IMG/VR virus record: IMGVR_UViG_3300028832_000001
Location: 36,007-100,006 of that record
DNA: 64,000 nucleotides
Source of the DNA: a virus
Taxonomy: Duplodnaviria > Heunggongvirae > Uroviricota > Caudoviricetes
Strand: one strand, 5' to 3'
The notes under the pieces are model-generated. The model made no database searches. It worked only from the letters and a program-made list of their open reading frames with translations, and was not told the DNA's origin. This document shows, in pieces, positions 48,001 through 55,661 of the stretch. The number at the start of each line of letters is the position of its first letter. Position 1 is the stretch's first letter. The translations under genes were made by a program, and so were the position numbers.

Positions 48001-48171
48001 TTCAACTATGGTATTGCAGTTGCACCAGGAAAACCAGATCCAGATACTGGAAAACCAATGGCTGGAACTGGTGAAATAAGATTCCATAACTCTGTTATTT
48101 GGACTGGTGCATTATGGGCACAAAAAGTTGATCTACAAGGTAACTGTGAAGTTCATTCTTATGGAAATTAA
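45067..48171 (+). CDS. Large virion surface/fibre-like protein with C-terminal beta-solenoid (DUF7305-like)
   Basis: KGTYYFNSVTL...VRIFVRG...FMIYS...GIAVAP...WTGALWAQKVDLQG; TATAAATA at 45044-45051. Confidence 0.55.
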   Translation: MDFNISENSTDTRYFLTVEFTQPILPFLTNGTFNISIKDMLMMTTINIDSLDVLLNQYGLTVPYRTSIQDQLDNSLINNKGIVITIPNDNTLSFTMIPRCMEINTNKIIGFYDSMINIHAEYNAVTVDVNTTAKLYPRLVRSDTLDKYAPEPDPVLPSDVDRCCYTYPDIYQDSTKKITHNVVYNTDSEFYANSTTSANTPPEEVPSYVSKLSAYFTAEEADGFIPDWKNAVSWLYNDRNKSHVDVDWECLDEEPTVYNTYVVGNSDDVEIQENYWLTISAYQINQYVFAKNLPPNRYENKLFFGLSAEHIDIYPPLEPVHELYMPDTLIITPVNPTYVFVGDDTHTEYPCPTRVLEINDYSLPPIEQDGVEHFEINLDPNGNGHNAFLFSDPQYKNIVACNLNVRYFDVNNNMIPHGALPWDSLYGSNGYNLPDITATNSIIDVSISAIENVLLHYDNIDHAVVSAHIEVELDSDLVDEDSETHKVPIEEAPYWISRDYALTTGWRYIDSVQTIWNKYEHPAPVVEYRAPAQINMNILPQYASVNNPSWQTSPNRILNVNANTPDDIEFGRELLTISINPSNLNNFITSASDRLDVTYYINYPGSHRGEDATLTTTFGTEPVPETYTLSVPADTSEPLTANINLSGELDEDATITIAAELVLYDPNGTREQEIKDRYHVDLSMLPDWNKIPAVTLNWTRRYTDPFIPDPWTEFDKYVIFTQSELDIDNSYIGVKSITAPCVKVNNGSIVESELFITGKKKVQDTTSACLAFINANTTKTLADGRHIDYTSATEARETTIYGGQLRGSVNALSDYKVHIADDADYPEFTNTNPSYIGNIVDNDGYLEDLIMPIEEPPELVQLDNMEFIGEESIIRDTDATINLDASVNNHYDVLQCGDRGIINLKKGTYYFNSVTLGVGTQINIENNLGDNEFVRIFVRGDFNAANTIDINNPNVNLKSFMIYSHEGNIDFAAKTSNNFNYGIAVAPGKPDPDTGKPMAGTGEIRFHNSVIWTGALWAQKVDLQGNCEVHSYGN

Positions 48172-48204
48172 AAAAAAGAAAACCGGTTTTAAAACCGGTT
48201 TTTT
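48171..48204. terminator. Bidirectional terminator, ACCGGT family copy 3
   Basis: AAAAAAAGAAAACCGGTTTTAAAACCGGTTTTTT. Confidence 0.8.
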
Positions 48205-48223
48205 AATTTAAAATTTTTAATTA

Positions 48224-48598
48224 TTAAACAGCTGCAGGTGCTGGAACATCATCGTGTTTGCAACATTTACAGCTGAAAATTTCAGTATCTGGACCGACCT
48301 TAGATGGTGGAAGCAACTTATGAGTATGACCGTCACCTACTGGTTGGCAAACACCGTCTTTAATAAAGTGAACGTGACCACCGACCATAGTAATCGGAGT
48401 TTCTTTATTAATATTTGATGGTTCGTTTAATGCATCGCTAGTTCTACCATAGCCAGTTTCATCAAAAATCCAGTATTCGTGATGATGTGGACCCATAGCT
48501 GAAGAACCTTCAAAAACGTCAGTCACACCGATTTGTGAAGTATTTTCATTTAAAGCCAATGCACATTGTTCATTTACATAATCTGCATATTTTTTCAT
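48224..48598 (-). CDS. His-rich (HxH repeat) putative metal-binding internal protein
   Basis: MKKYADYVNE..LNE CTS-like start; PHHHEY, GHVH, GHTH, CKCC. Confidence 0.6.
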   Translation of the reverse strand: MKKYADYVNEQCALALNENTSQIGVTDVFEGSSAMGPHHHEYWIFDETGYGRTSDALNEPSNINKETPITMVGGHVHFIKDGVCQPVGDGHTHKLLPPSKVGPDTEIFSCKCCKHDDVPAPAAV

Positions 48599-48622
48599 AG
48601 TAATTCCTTTTAATCGTTATAT

Positions 48623-48634
48623 TATTTATAAATA
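48623..48634. promoter_or_regulatory. Palindromic bidirectional late promoter TATTTATAAATA
   Basis: Between two divergent small genes, each with an SD. Confidence 0.8.
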
Positions 48635-48651
48635 AATATAAGGAGAAAGCC

Positions 48652-48924
48652 ATGAAAGATATTAATGAAGGTTTTTTTAAAGATAAATATCAGAGATATA
48701 AAGCAGCAGTTATTAGTATTTTAAAGTCTCGTGGTATTAATGCTTTGGCATTAGGACATTATTTAGACGCATATTGTAGAGATTTTTTTGCAGATAACAT
48801 GTCTGCTGACGATTGTGCTACATCTATTGCAGAAAATAGACTTGCAAAAGAGAAAGCAATGGTTGCAGAAGCAATGCGAATTATGCGTGAACATGGGTAT
48901 AGGGTAAAGCCATACAAGAAATAA
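48652..48924 (+). CDS. Small protein with EAxxI...GY motif
   Basis: MKDINE|G start; C-terminal EAMRIMREHGYRV; AAGGAG SD. Confidence 0.65.
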   Translation: MKDINEGFFKDKYQRYKAAVISILKSRGINALALGHYLDAYCRDFFADNMSADDCATSIAENRLAKEKAMVAEAMRIMREHGYRVKPYKK

Positions 48925-49061
48925 TATAAAAATATATCAATAATAGACCAACTATAAGATATAGTTGGCTTTTTCTGTTTAAATTTTAACAAAAAAATCA
49001 ATTTTTAACCTATAAATAAAATATAAAGAATAAAATTCTATGTTAAATTGGAGGAATCAAA

Positions 49062-50039
49062 ATGGATAAAATTCTTGAAACCCTTTCCCAAAAATTCTCA
49101 GCAGAAGAATTGAATGAGGTCAAAAAGGCTATTGAATTCACTGTTGATGAAAAGGTAAAGGCAAAGTCTGAACAAGAAGCCAAGATGATTGCCAAGAAAG
49201 CTGATGAATTTTGTCAGAAGAAGATTAAGGAAGCTGTTGAAAAGAAGACTGCCGAAATCGAAGAAATTGCTAACAAGTTCTGCGAAGAACGTTGTGAAAA
49301 GTTGAGCAAGGAAGCCGATGCAAAGGTTGAATCTTATAAGAAGAAACTCGAAGAAGCTTCAGAACAGTATATCCTTGAATATTTCGATGAGAAGTTCACA
49401 GAAAAGTACGGGCAAGAACTCGAAGCTATCGAAGAAAAAGTTATTACAGGCTTGGATAAGTATCTTGAATATAACATCAATGAAAAGATTGGTCCGGAAA
49501 TGATTCAGAAGACTGCATTGCAAGAAACCTGTCAGCCGATTGTTGAAGAGTTCATTCACATTCTTGAAGACAGATATGTTGCACCTAACACCACTGGTTC
49601 TAAGAGAATCCGCGAATTGAAGGCAGAAAATGCTGAAGTCCGTGCATCTCTCCAGAAGCAGCTCGATGAAAACATGCGTCTCGCTGAATTGGTCGAAAGC
49701 ACTGGTAAGAAGTCTTTGATTTCTGAAAAGGTTGCTGACCTCTCTGCAGATCAACGTCTCAAGGTTCGTAAGTTCTTCAAGGAAAAGAGCTTGAATGAAA
49801 CTAAGAAGGATATTGATGCTTATATCGAAATGATCCAAGAACAAGCTGACTCTATCAACGCTATGCGTTATGAAAGAGAACAATTGTTTGAAAGTCATGA
49901 AAAGCCGGTTCGCAAGTCTCGCTATGTCGAAGACCGCACGAACGAAACTATCACTGAAAAGTTTAAACCAAAACGCCGTGAATTGAGCGCTCGCGAACGC
50001 ATGATGCTTGGTTCCGCTAACCTAATTGATGAAAATTAA
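49062..50039 (+). CDS. gp22: Prohead core scaffold protein
   Basis: LSQKFS...IEFTVDEKVK...LDKYLEY; coiled coil; directly upstream of gp23; TATAAATA at 49011-49018. Confidence 0.85.
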   Translation: MDKILETLSQKFSAEELNEVKKAIEFTVDEKVKAKSEQEAKMIAKKADEFCQKKIKEAVEKKTAEIEEIANKFCEERCEKLSKEADAKVESYKKKLEEASEQYILEYFDEKFTEKYGQELEAIEEKVITGLDKYLEYNINEKIGPEMIQKTALQETCQPIVEEFIHILEDRYVAPNTTGSKRIRELKAENAEVRASLQKQLDENMRLAELVESTGKKSLISEKVADLSADQRLKVRKFFKEKSLNETKKDIDAYIEMIQEQADSINAMRYEREQLFESHEKPVRKSRYVEDRTNETITEKFKPKRRELSARERMMLGSANLIDEN

Positions 50040-50126
50040 CTGAAATGCGAAAAATCTAATTTTTCGTTTATAAATAAAATATAGAAATTCAGAAATAAAG
50101 TAATTTTTTAATAGGAGAAAAAACAA

Positions 50127-51446
50127 ATGAAGATTACAAAGACACAAGCCGGTATGATGGAACGCTGGGGCAAGGCTCCAGGCGGACTTTCAGTCGCTGG
50201 CATTAAGGACAATCTTGTCCGTTATAATACTGCACGTCTTTTGGAAAACCAGCAGACTAAGAACCTCGGTTCTGAACTCTTGACTGAAGATTTTACTCAG
50301 GGCGTAGGTGCTCCACTTGGTCTTGACCAGGGTATTCCACACGGTGGTGACGCAAAGGGTGTTTTCGCACCGATTTCTTTGGCACTTGTCCGTCGTGTTT
50401 TCCCACAGCTTTTCGCTAACGTCCTCGTTGGTGTTCAGCCATTGACTGGTCCTGTCGGTCTTGCTTTCGCACTCCGTTACATTTATAAGACCAATAACCC
50501 GAACGAACTCGTTGAAGCCGCATGGAAGGCAGTTCCTCGCTTCTCTGGTTATACCGGTTCTACCGCTAACACAGATGGCGAATGGGATGCTGGTACTGGT
50601 GTTGATACTCAGTCTGCTGAAGGCTGGAAGATCACTGGTCCGACCTTCGGTTCTGATGACCCGTCTGTAAGCCGTAAGATGCCAGAACTTGGTCTTATGC
50701 TCAGCCGTCAGTCTATCGTTGCTAAGACCCGTAAGCTCGCTGCTAGCTTCTCTCTCGAATCTGCAGCTGATATCAAGGCTATGCAGGGTATCGAAATGAT
50801 GACTGAAATGATCAACGTTCTCCAGCAGGAAATGACTGCAGAAATGGACCGTGAAACAATCGGCCGCTGCAAGAGCCTCTGTACTCCACGTGTTTACAAC
50901 AAGGCTGATCAGACCCTCGCTAACAACGATTCCTTCATTGGTACAAACTCTCAGGAACGTTTCGGTCTCATCATCACTCACATCATGAAGGGTGTTAACG
51001 ACATTCGTACCGCTACTCGTCGTGGTGCTGCTAACATTGCAGTCGTCTCCCCAGACGTTGCTACTGTTCTTCAGGTTGCTAACCCATGGTTCACCAAGGT
51101 TGCTCATGAAGTTAACGGTTCTGCAGTTACTCCGGAAATGGGTACTCTTAACGGTGTTGTTAAGGTCTTCTGTGACCAGTATGCTGTTGACGAATTCGGT
51201 GCAAACGACAACGGTGAAGTTCTCTTAGCATTCAAGGGCTCTAGCCTCTATGATGCAGGTGTTATCTTCTGCCCATACGTTACCGGTGTTGTCAATCAGG
51301 CTATCGATCCTAACGACTTCTCTCCAAGAGTCGGTATCATGAGCCGTTATGGTTTCGCACACAACATGCTTGGTGCTGAAAACTATTATCGCTTGCTCAA
51401 GTTCAACGGACTCTTCGCAGACGCTCCAGAGTCTCTCGTTTGGTAA
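50127..51446 (+). CDS. gp23: Major capsid protein
   Basis: LLENQ...LTE|D...LVRRVFPQLFA...GVQPLTGPVGLAFALR...KTRKLAASFSLESAADIKA...FCPY...P.VGIMSRY; TATAAATA at 50069-50076. Confidence 0.97.
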   Translation: MKITKTQAGMMERWGKAPGGLSVAGIKDNLVRYNTARLLENQQTKNLGSELLTEDFTQGVGAPLGLDQGIPHGGDAKGVFAPISLALVRRVFPQLFANVLVGVQPLTGPVGLAFALRYIYKTNNPNELVEAAWKAVPRFSGYTGSTANTDGEWDAGTGVDTQSAEGWKITGPTFGSDDPSVSRKMPELGLMLSRQSIVAKTRKLAASFSLESAADIKAMQGIEMMTEMINVLQQEMTAEMDRETIGRCKSLCTPRVYNKADQTLANNDSFIGTNSQERFGLIITHIMKGVNDIRTATRRGAANIAVVSPDVATVLQVANPWFTKVAHEVNGSAVTPEMGTLNGVVKVFCDQYAVDEFGANDNGEVLLAFKGSSLYDAGVIFCPYVTGVVNQAIDPNDFSPRVGIMSRYGFAHNMLGAENYYRLLKFNGLFADAPESLVW

Positions 51447-51468
51447 TCGATATTGAACAAACAGATTT

Positions 51469-51499
51469 AAAAATACAGGTCTTTATGGCCTGTATTTTT
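51469..51499 (+). terminator. Intrinsic terminator
   Basis: AAAATACAGG/CCTGTATTTT stem. Confidence 0.8.
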
Positions 51500-51520
51500 A
51501 TTTAATAATAAATAATACAT

Positions 51521-52147
51521 ATGAGATTTAAGGATTTTTACAATTTAAACGAAAGCATTTATGCAAATGTTTCTAAGCTTAAAAAACTATTTAATCTTGC
51601 ATTAGATGGCGGAAACTTAGATGATTATCTTAGGGTTGATAGATATGCACCAGAAGAATTAATACTTATTTCACCTATGATTTTAGATGAAATAACAGAA
51701 GAAGAAGTTATAAAGATTTGTGATTCTGCTGGTTTCTATTGTAGTATTCATCACAATGATAAAGGAAAACCTCTTCCTTTTGACCCTATCTATATTACAC
51801 CAAAGAACCAAAAAGAACCGCTAAACATTGGCGCACAAGAATATTATCATTGTTCGTTAGCTGCAAATTTAGATAAATCTGGTTTACGTTTAAAATCAAG
51901 AAAGGTTGATAATGATTATGATGTATATGATGATAGAATTTATCTAGTTCCTGTTGCATTAGCTGGCGATCCAAATGAAATAATAGACATGGTTGCATCA
52001 GAACATAATTGCGATAAATCTGAAGTTTATGTTTATAAAGTAACTTTACCTAAAGGATATGAAGTCTATCAAGACCCAACTAAGCGTGAAGCAGTATATG
52101 TAACTAATGCAATTCCACCTAAATACATTACAAAAATAAATTTGTAA
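51521..52147 (+). CDS. ADP-ribosyltransferase-fold (Tpt1/KptA-like) protein with capsid-targeting N-terminus
   Basis: MRFKDFYNLNE; YYHCS...SGL...RIYL...YKVTL...YQDP...VYVTNAIPPKYI. Confidence 0.55.
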   Translation: MRFKDFYNLNESIYANVSKLKKLFNLALDGGNLDDYLRVDRYAPEELILISPMILDEITEEEVIKICDSAGFYCSIHHNDKGKPLPFDPIYITPKNQKEPLNIGAQEYYHCSLAANLDKSGLRLKSRKVDNDYDVYDDRIYLVPVALAGDPNEIIDMVASEHNCDKSEVYVYKVTLPKGYEVYQDPTKREAVYVTNAIPPKYITKINL

Positions 52148-52191
52148 ACTTTTATACAAGAATTACCAAAAATTTTTTATAAATAAAATAG

Positions 52192-52215
52192 GTGTATGGG
52201 AATGGTCCCGTGCAT
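52192..52215 (+). promoter_or_regulatory. 5' UTR RNA hairpin after a late promoter
   Basis: GUGUAUGGGA-augg-UCCCGUGCAU with three G-U pairs, just downstream of TATAAATA (52178-52185). Confidence 0.55.
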
Positions 52216-52238
52216 AGGAAAATTTAGGAGAAATAACC

Positions 52239-52622
52239 ATGAAACGTAGAGAAGACATTTACAATTTGGGTAATGATTACTTCCAGAAGGCTGAAGTTTA
52301 CTTCCGTACAACTTCCGCAGAAGTTGAAGCAGTTAGCGGTAAGAGCCCAGTTTATTCTGATGGTATCTATCACTATACTCAGGAACCGGTTTACGAACTC
52401 TCTGGTGGCACTAGTGCTCTCAACAAGAGAATCTTCAACGTTCTTCCACAGAAGGATTGGACACCAGTTGACTTCGAAGGTGCTGATACATTCAGCGCTA
52501 TCAATGATGCTTCTGCTGTCTTCAGCAAGGATTATGCAACTGGTATTGTTGTTGACCTCAACGGCGGCGACACTGCTAAGAGCGACTGGTCTAAGACCCC
52601 AGGTGGCAAGACTGACAAGTAA
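52239..52622 (+). CDS. Small, probably abundant virion protein (capsid decoration candidate)
   Basis: 127 aa; gp23-like codon bias (TTC/AAC/GAC/AAG/CTC); strong AGGAGA SD; own promoter and terminator. Confidence 0.6.
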   Translation: MKRREDIYNLGNDYFQKAEVYFRTTSAEVEAVSGKSPVYSDGIYHYTQEPVYELSGGTSALNKRIFNVLPQKDWTPVDFEGADTFSAINDASAVFSKDYATGIVVDLNGGDTAKSDWSKTPGGKTDK

Positions 52623-52646
52623 TCATTAACAGATTATAAACAATTT

Positions 52647-52678
52647 AAAAAGCCTTAGAGTAAAATCTAAGGTTTTTT
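52647..52678. terminator. Bidirectional terminator
   Basis: AAAGCCTTAGA/TCTAAGGTTTT. Confidence 0.75.
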
Positions 52679-52982
52679 ATTTTAATAATTCTTCAATTTT
52701 TTTATCAACTTTATAATTTTCTTTTTCCATCATACCGTCCATTGCCCAGGAAATATCTTTTTTAAATTCTTCTTCATTAAATACATATTTTTTGAACAAG
52801 CGTGTATAACCAGCATTAAAGTGAATATAACATATTAGCTCGTTAGATATTATAGAAATGTTACCAAATAGGTAATGACGATTAAAGCCAATAAGATACA
52901 TATATTGAGAAATACGACAAGAATAAAGCTTATATTTCTTTATTATGTCAATAATATCTTGTTCAACATATATTCTCTGCAT
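52677..52982 (-). CDS. Hypothetical protein
   Basis: 101 aa, Y/I-rich. Confidence 0.5.
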   Translation of the reverse strand: MQRIYVEQDIIDIIKKYKLYSCRISQYMYLIGFNRHYLFGNISIISNELICYIHFNAGYTRLFKKYVFNEEEFKKDISWAMDGMMEKENYKVDKKIEELLK

Positions 52983-52994
52983 ATTTTATATATT

Positions 52995-53022
52995 AAAAAA
53001 CCGGAACGTTAATTCCGGTTTT
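52995..53022 (-). terminator. Terminator related to the ACCGGT family
   Basis: AAAACCGGAA/TTCCGGTTTT. Confidence 0.75.
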
Positions 53023-53041
53023 ATTTTAATGTAATATTTTA

Positions 53042-53695
53042 TTATCGTCTATTTCTATGATAAGCAGACTGTCTAGTACCTGCTGCTAAGTCCATGTTAG
53101 AACCACCGAACATAGCGCCTTGTAATACAAAAAGAACTGCAGTTGAATTTTTTGCAGCTTGAATTCTGGCACTTAATGTCTTGTAATACTTATCACCAGT
53201 TACTTCGCGAGCCTTTTCAAGAAATTCTGCCTTTGCAACATCAAGACCGACTTCATCAGCAAGCTTTGTAAAGTAACCGTCTTTAATATAATCTGCACAA
53301 AGTTGAGAAAGCGGAGTTCCTTCAGCAGTTCCGAAACCTTCATCTAATGTCATAGTTTCGTCTAAAGTCATGCCTTCTAAGTCGAGGTCATCTTCTAAAG
53401 CTTCGTCAACTTTGTCTTTCTTCTTTGCCCAGAAAGGAACAAAATCGGATTTCTTACCTTTCTTCTTACCTTTCTTTTTCTTGCCACCACAACCGCAGCA
53501 ACCTTCATCAAGTTCATCATCGTCTTCAATTTCTTCGTCTTCACGAATTAATTGATAACCTGCTTCTTCGGCAATACGCTTTGCCTCTTCGAGCTCTTCA
53601 CGAGCAACACGTTGACGGAAAGATTCGCCTTCTGAATTCTTGACGACGTGATAACCTTTACCTTCTACAATTTTTTTAGCTTCTAAAAATGTCAT
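53042..53695 (-). CDS. Putative internal protein with two EAxxI...GY motifs and a K/C-rich patch
   Basis: LEAKKIVEGKGY, EEAKRIAEEAGY, LDE|GCCGCGGKKKKGKKK, repeated LDE sites; two TATAAATA upstream. Confidence 0.65.
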   Translation of the reverse strand: MTFLEAKKIVEGKGYHVVKNSEGESFRQRVAREELEEAKRIAEEAGYQLIREDEEIEDDDELDEGCCGCGGKKKKGKKKGKKSDFVPFWAKKKDKVDEALEDDLDLEGMTLDETMTLDEGFGTAEGTPLSQLCADYIKDGYFTKLADEVGLDVAKAEFLEKAREVTGDKYYKTLSARIQAAKNSTAVLFVLQGAMFGGSNMDLAAGTRQSAYHRNRR

Positions 53696-53799
53696 ATTAA
53701 AGTCCTTTAATTGTTATTTATATTATTTATAACTTCATAATTCCGAAAAATTTAAATATTAAACTATAAATATATTAATAGAATATAAGGAATTTAAAT

Positions 53800-54465
53800 A
53801 TGGAAGCTAAAAAGTTATTAAATGAAGCTGCTATTGCCGAATCAAAGATTCTTAATGAAGAAACTAACGGCGTAAAGCACATGTATATTTCTGGTCCTTT
53901 CCTTCAGGCTGTAGATACTAACAGAAACGGGCGTATCTATTCTAGGGAAATTATTGAAAGAGAAGTTAATAAGTTCCAGGGTCTTATTGAATCTCGTGAA
54001 GCTGTTGGTGAACTTTCTCACCCAGAATCAATCGAAATTAACCCAGACCGTGCAGCAATCTTGATTACTGAATTAAAGATGGATGGTAATCTTGCAATCG
54101 GTAAGGCTAAGGTTCTTACTACCCCATGTGGAAAGATTCTCGAATCTCTTTTGAATGATGGCGTTCGTATGGGTGTTTCCTCTCGTGGAACTGGTAACTT
54201 GACTGAAGGTAACATGGTTGCAGATGACTATTCTCTTGCAACAATCGATGCGGTTTATATGCCATCTGCTCAGGTTGCTTATGCTGATGCAATGTATGAA
54301 TCTGTCCAATATGCATCTAAGTGGGTTCTTAATGAAGCAACTGGTCTCTATATTGAAAAGAGAGAAAAGGTTGACGAAGCTACTAAGGCATTCAATAAGA
54401 AGGTTGACGATATTGGTTCTAAGATTATCGTTGAAGCCTTTAAGGATTGGTTAAAGGCAATCTAA
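53800..54465 (+). CDS. gp21: Prohead protease
   Basis: YISGPFLQA...NRNGRIY...GELSHP...GKAKVL.TPCG...GVSSRGTG...D.V..PS; TATAAATA at 53765-53772. Confidence 0.95.
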   Translation: MEAKKLLNEAAIAESKILNEETNGVKHMYISGPFLQAVDTNRNGRIYSREIIEREVNKFQGLIESREAVGELSHPESIEINPDRAAILITELKMDGNLAIGKAKVLTTPCGKILESLLNDGVRMGVSSRGTGNLTEGNMVADDYSLATIDAVYMPSAQVAYADAMYESVQYASKWVLNEATGLYIEKREKVDEATKAFNKKVDDIGSKIIVEAFKDWLKAI

Positions 54466-54484
54466 AATAAATTTACATAAAATA

Positions 54485-54513
54485 AAAATAGAGGTTTTAA
54501 AACCTCTATTTTT
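54485..54513. terminator. Bidirectional terminator
   Basis: AAAATAGAGGTT/AACCTCTATTTT. Confidence 0.8.
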
Positions 54514-55580
54514 TATATGGATGCTTTTTCACAGAATACGTTATGGTCCCAATATTGAATTGCGTTCGTAAACCATTCAACTTGTTCCATAGAAATAGGT
54601 GTATATCTATGATAATCTGTTGCTAAGTCAAAACCGTTTTTCTTAGCAAATGCTCTTCCATGAATGTGACCATAAAGAACAATACTATCTGGATAACGAG
54701 GATGAACCTTACCTTCATCCGGTTCGTGAATTACATGATAAGTCTTTTTATTATGTTCAAACGTAGCCTTAGATACAACGTCTATATGCCTATTCTTTAG
54801 CTCAGAAACAGCCTTATTAACGTCTGTTTCTATCTTCCTATCATAATTACCCATGACCAAAATAAGCTGCTTATAATTCAAATCAGATAGTATATTTTTC
54901 ATCGTAGAGACATCACCGAAGTCACCAGCATGATAAACAATATCGTTCATCGTAACAGTCTTATTCCAGTTGCTAATCATTTCCAAATCCATTTCAAAAA
55001 GATTAACAAATGGTCTTCTGGAATAATTCAGAGTTCTTTCTTGAGAGAAATGTGTATCAGAAGTGAAGAACATATCTGTAGGAGACTTTTCAAGTTTCTT
55101 GACAACATGTTTCAAGAGTTCTTCAAGATTATTCCAATACTTGATTTTCTTCATATCAAGTCTGCACTTGAGATAATCATTCTTTTCTGCCCAATCAGGA
55201 AAACCAGAGTAAATACCAGGCTTGTCGAACCAGTCACCAAATTCAATATTGGTTGTAAATGCAGGATGTTTCTTTTGAATATCTCTTGCAACCCAGAAGA
55301 CAATAGCAGAAGCTTTCTTCATTGCGATATATTCCCAAGTGGTTTGCTTGAGCAATGCTTTATCACCATACTTTTCACGAAGCTTCATAAAATCCGGATT
55401 TGTAGGGGTAATAACTTTACCAGTAAAACTTAACTTTTCGAGAATTTCAAATGCTTCTTTTCTCCAGTCATCTTCATAGTTTTCTCTAGGGCAAGGACCA
55501 GCTAGGAAGATAGAATTATTCATATCACCAGATAATTGTTCTTCTGGATCCATGTCAGTATTAACTTTTATTATATTCAT
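54513..55580 (-). CDS. Fusion of a nucleoside 2-deoxyribosyltransferase-like domain and a calcineurin-like metallophosphoesterase
   Basis: SIFLAGP...WR...QTTWE...IVFW...TNIEFG, then FFTSDTHF...HAGDFG...GNYD...LYGHIH; start moved to MNIIK (GAGGA SD; CTATATTTG at 55605-55613). Confidence 0.8.
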   Translation of the reverse strand: MNIIKVNTDMDPEEQLSGDMNNSIFLAGPCPRENYEDDWRKEAFEILEKLSFTGKVITPTNPDFMKLREKYGDKALLKQTTWEYIAMKKASAIVFWVARDIQKKHPAFTTNIEFGDWFDKPGIYSGFPDWAEKNDYLKCRLDMKKIKYWNNLEELLKHVVKKLEKSPTDMFFTSDTHFSQERTLNYSRRPFVNLFEMDLEMISNWNKTVTMNDIVYHAGDFGDVSTMKNILSDLNYKQLILVMGNYDRKIETDVNKAVSELKNRHIDVVSKATFEHNKKTYHVIHEPDEGKVHPRYPDSIVLYGHIHGRAFAKKNGFDLATDYHRYTPISMEQVEWFTNAIQYWDHNVFCEKASI

Positions 55581-55613
55581 ATTATCCTCTAATAATTCGT
55601 AATACAAATATAG

Positions 55614-55637
55614 AAAAAGACTGTCAAGTGACAGTCT
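55614..55637 (-). terminator. Intrinsic terminator overlapping the next promoter's TTGACA
   Basis: AAGACTGTCA/TGACAGTCTT. Confidence 0.7.
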
Positions 55638-55661
55638 TATGTAAATTTTATTTGACTTTTA

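Noticed and set aside
50190-51107. 305-aa antisense ORF inside gp23
   Set aside because: Shadow frame: the biased codon usage of gp23 avoids TTA/CTA/TCA, removing reverse-strand stops; no SD or promoter, and the product is not protein-like
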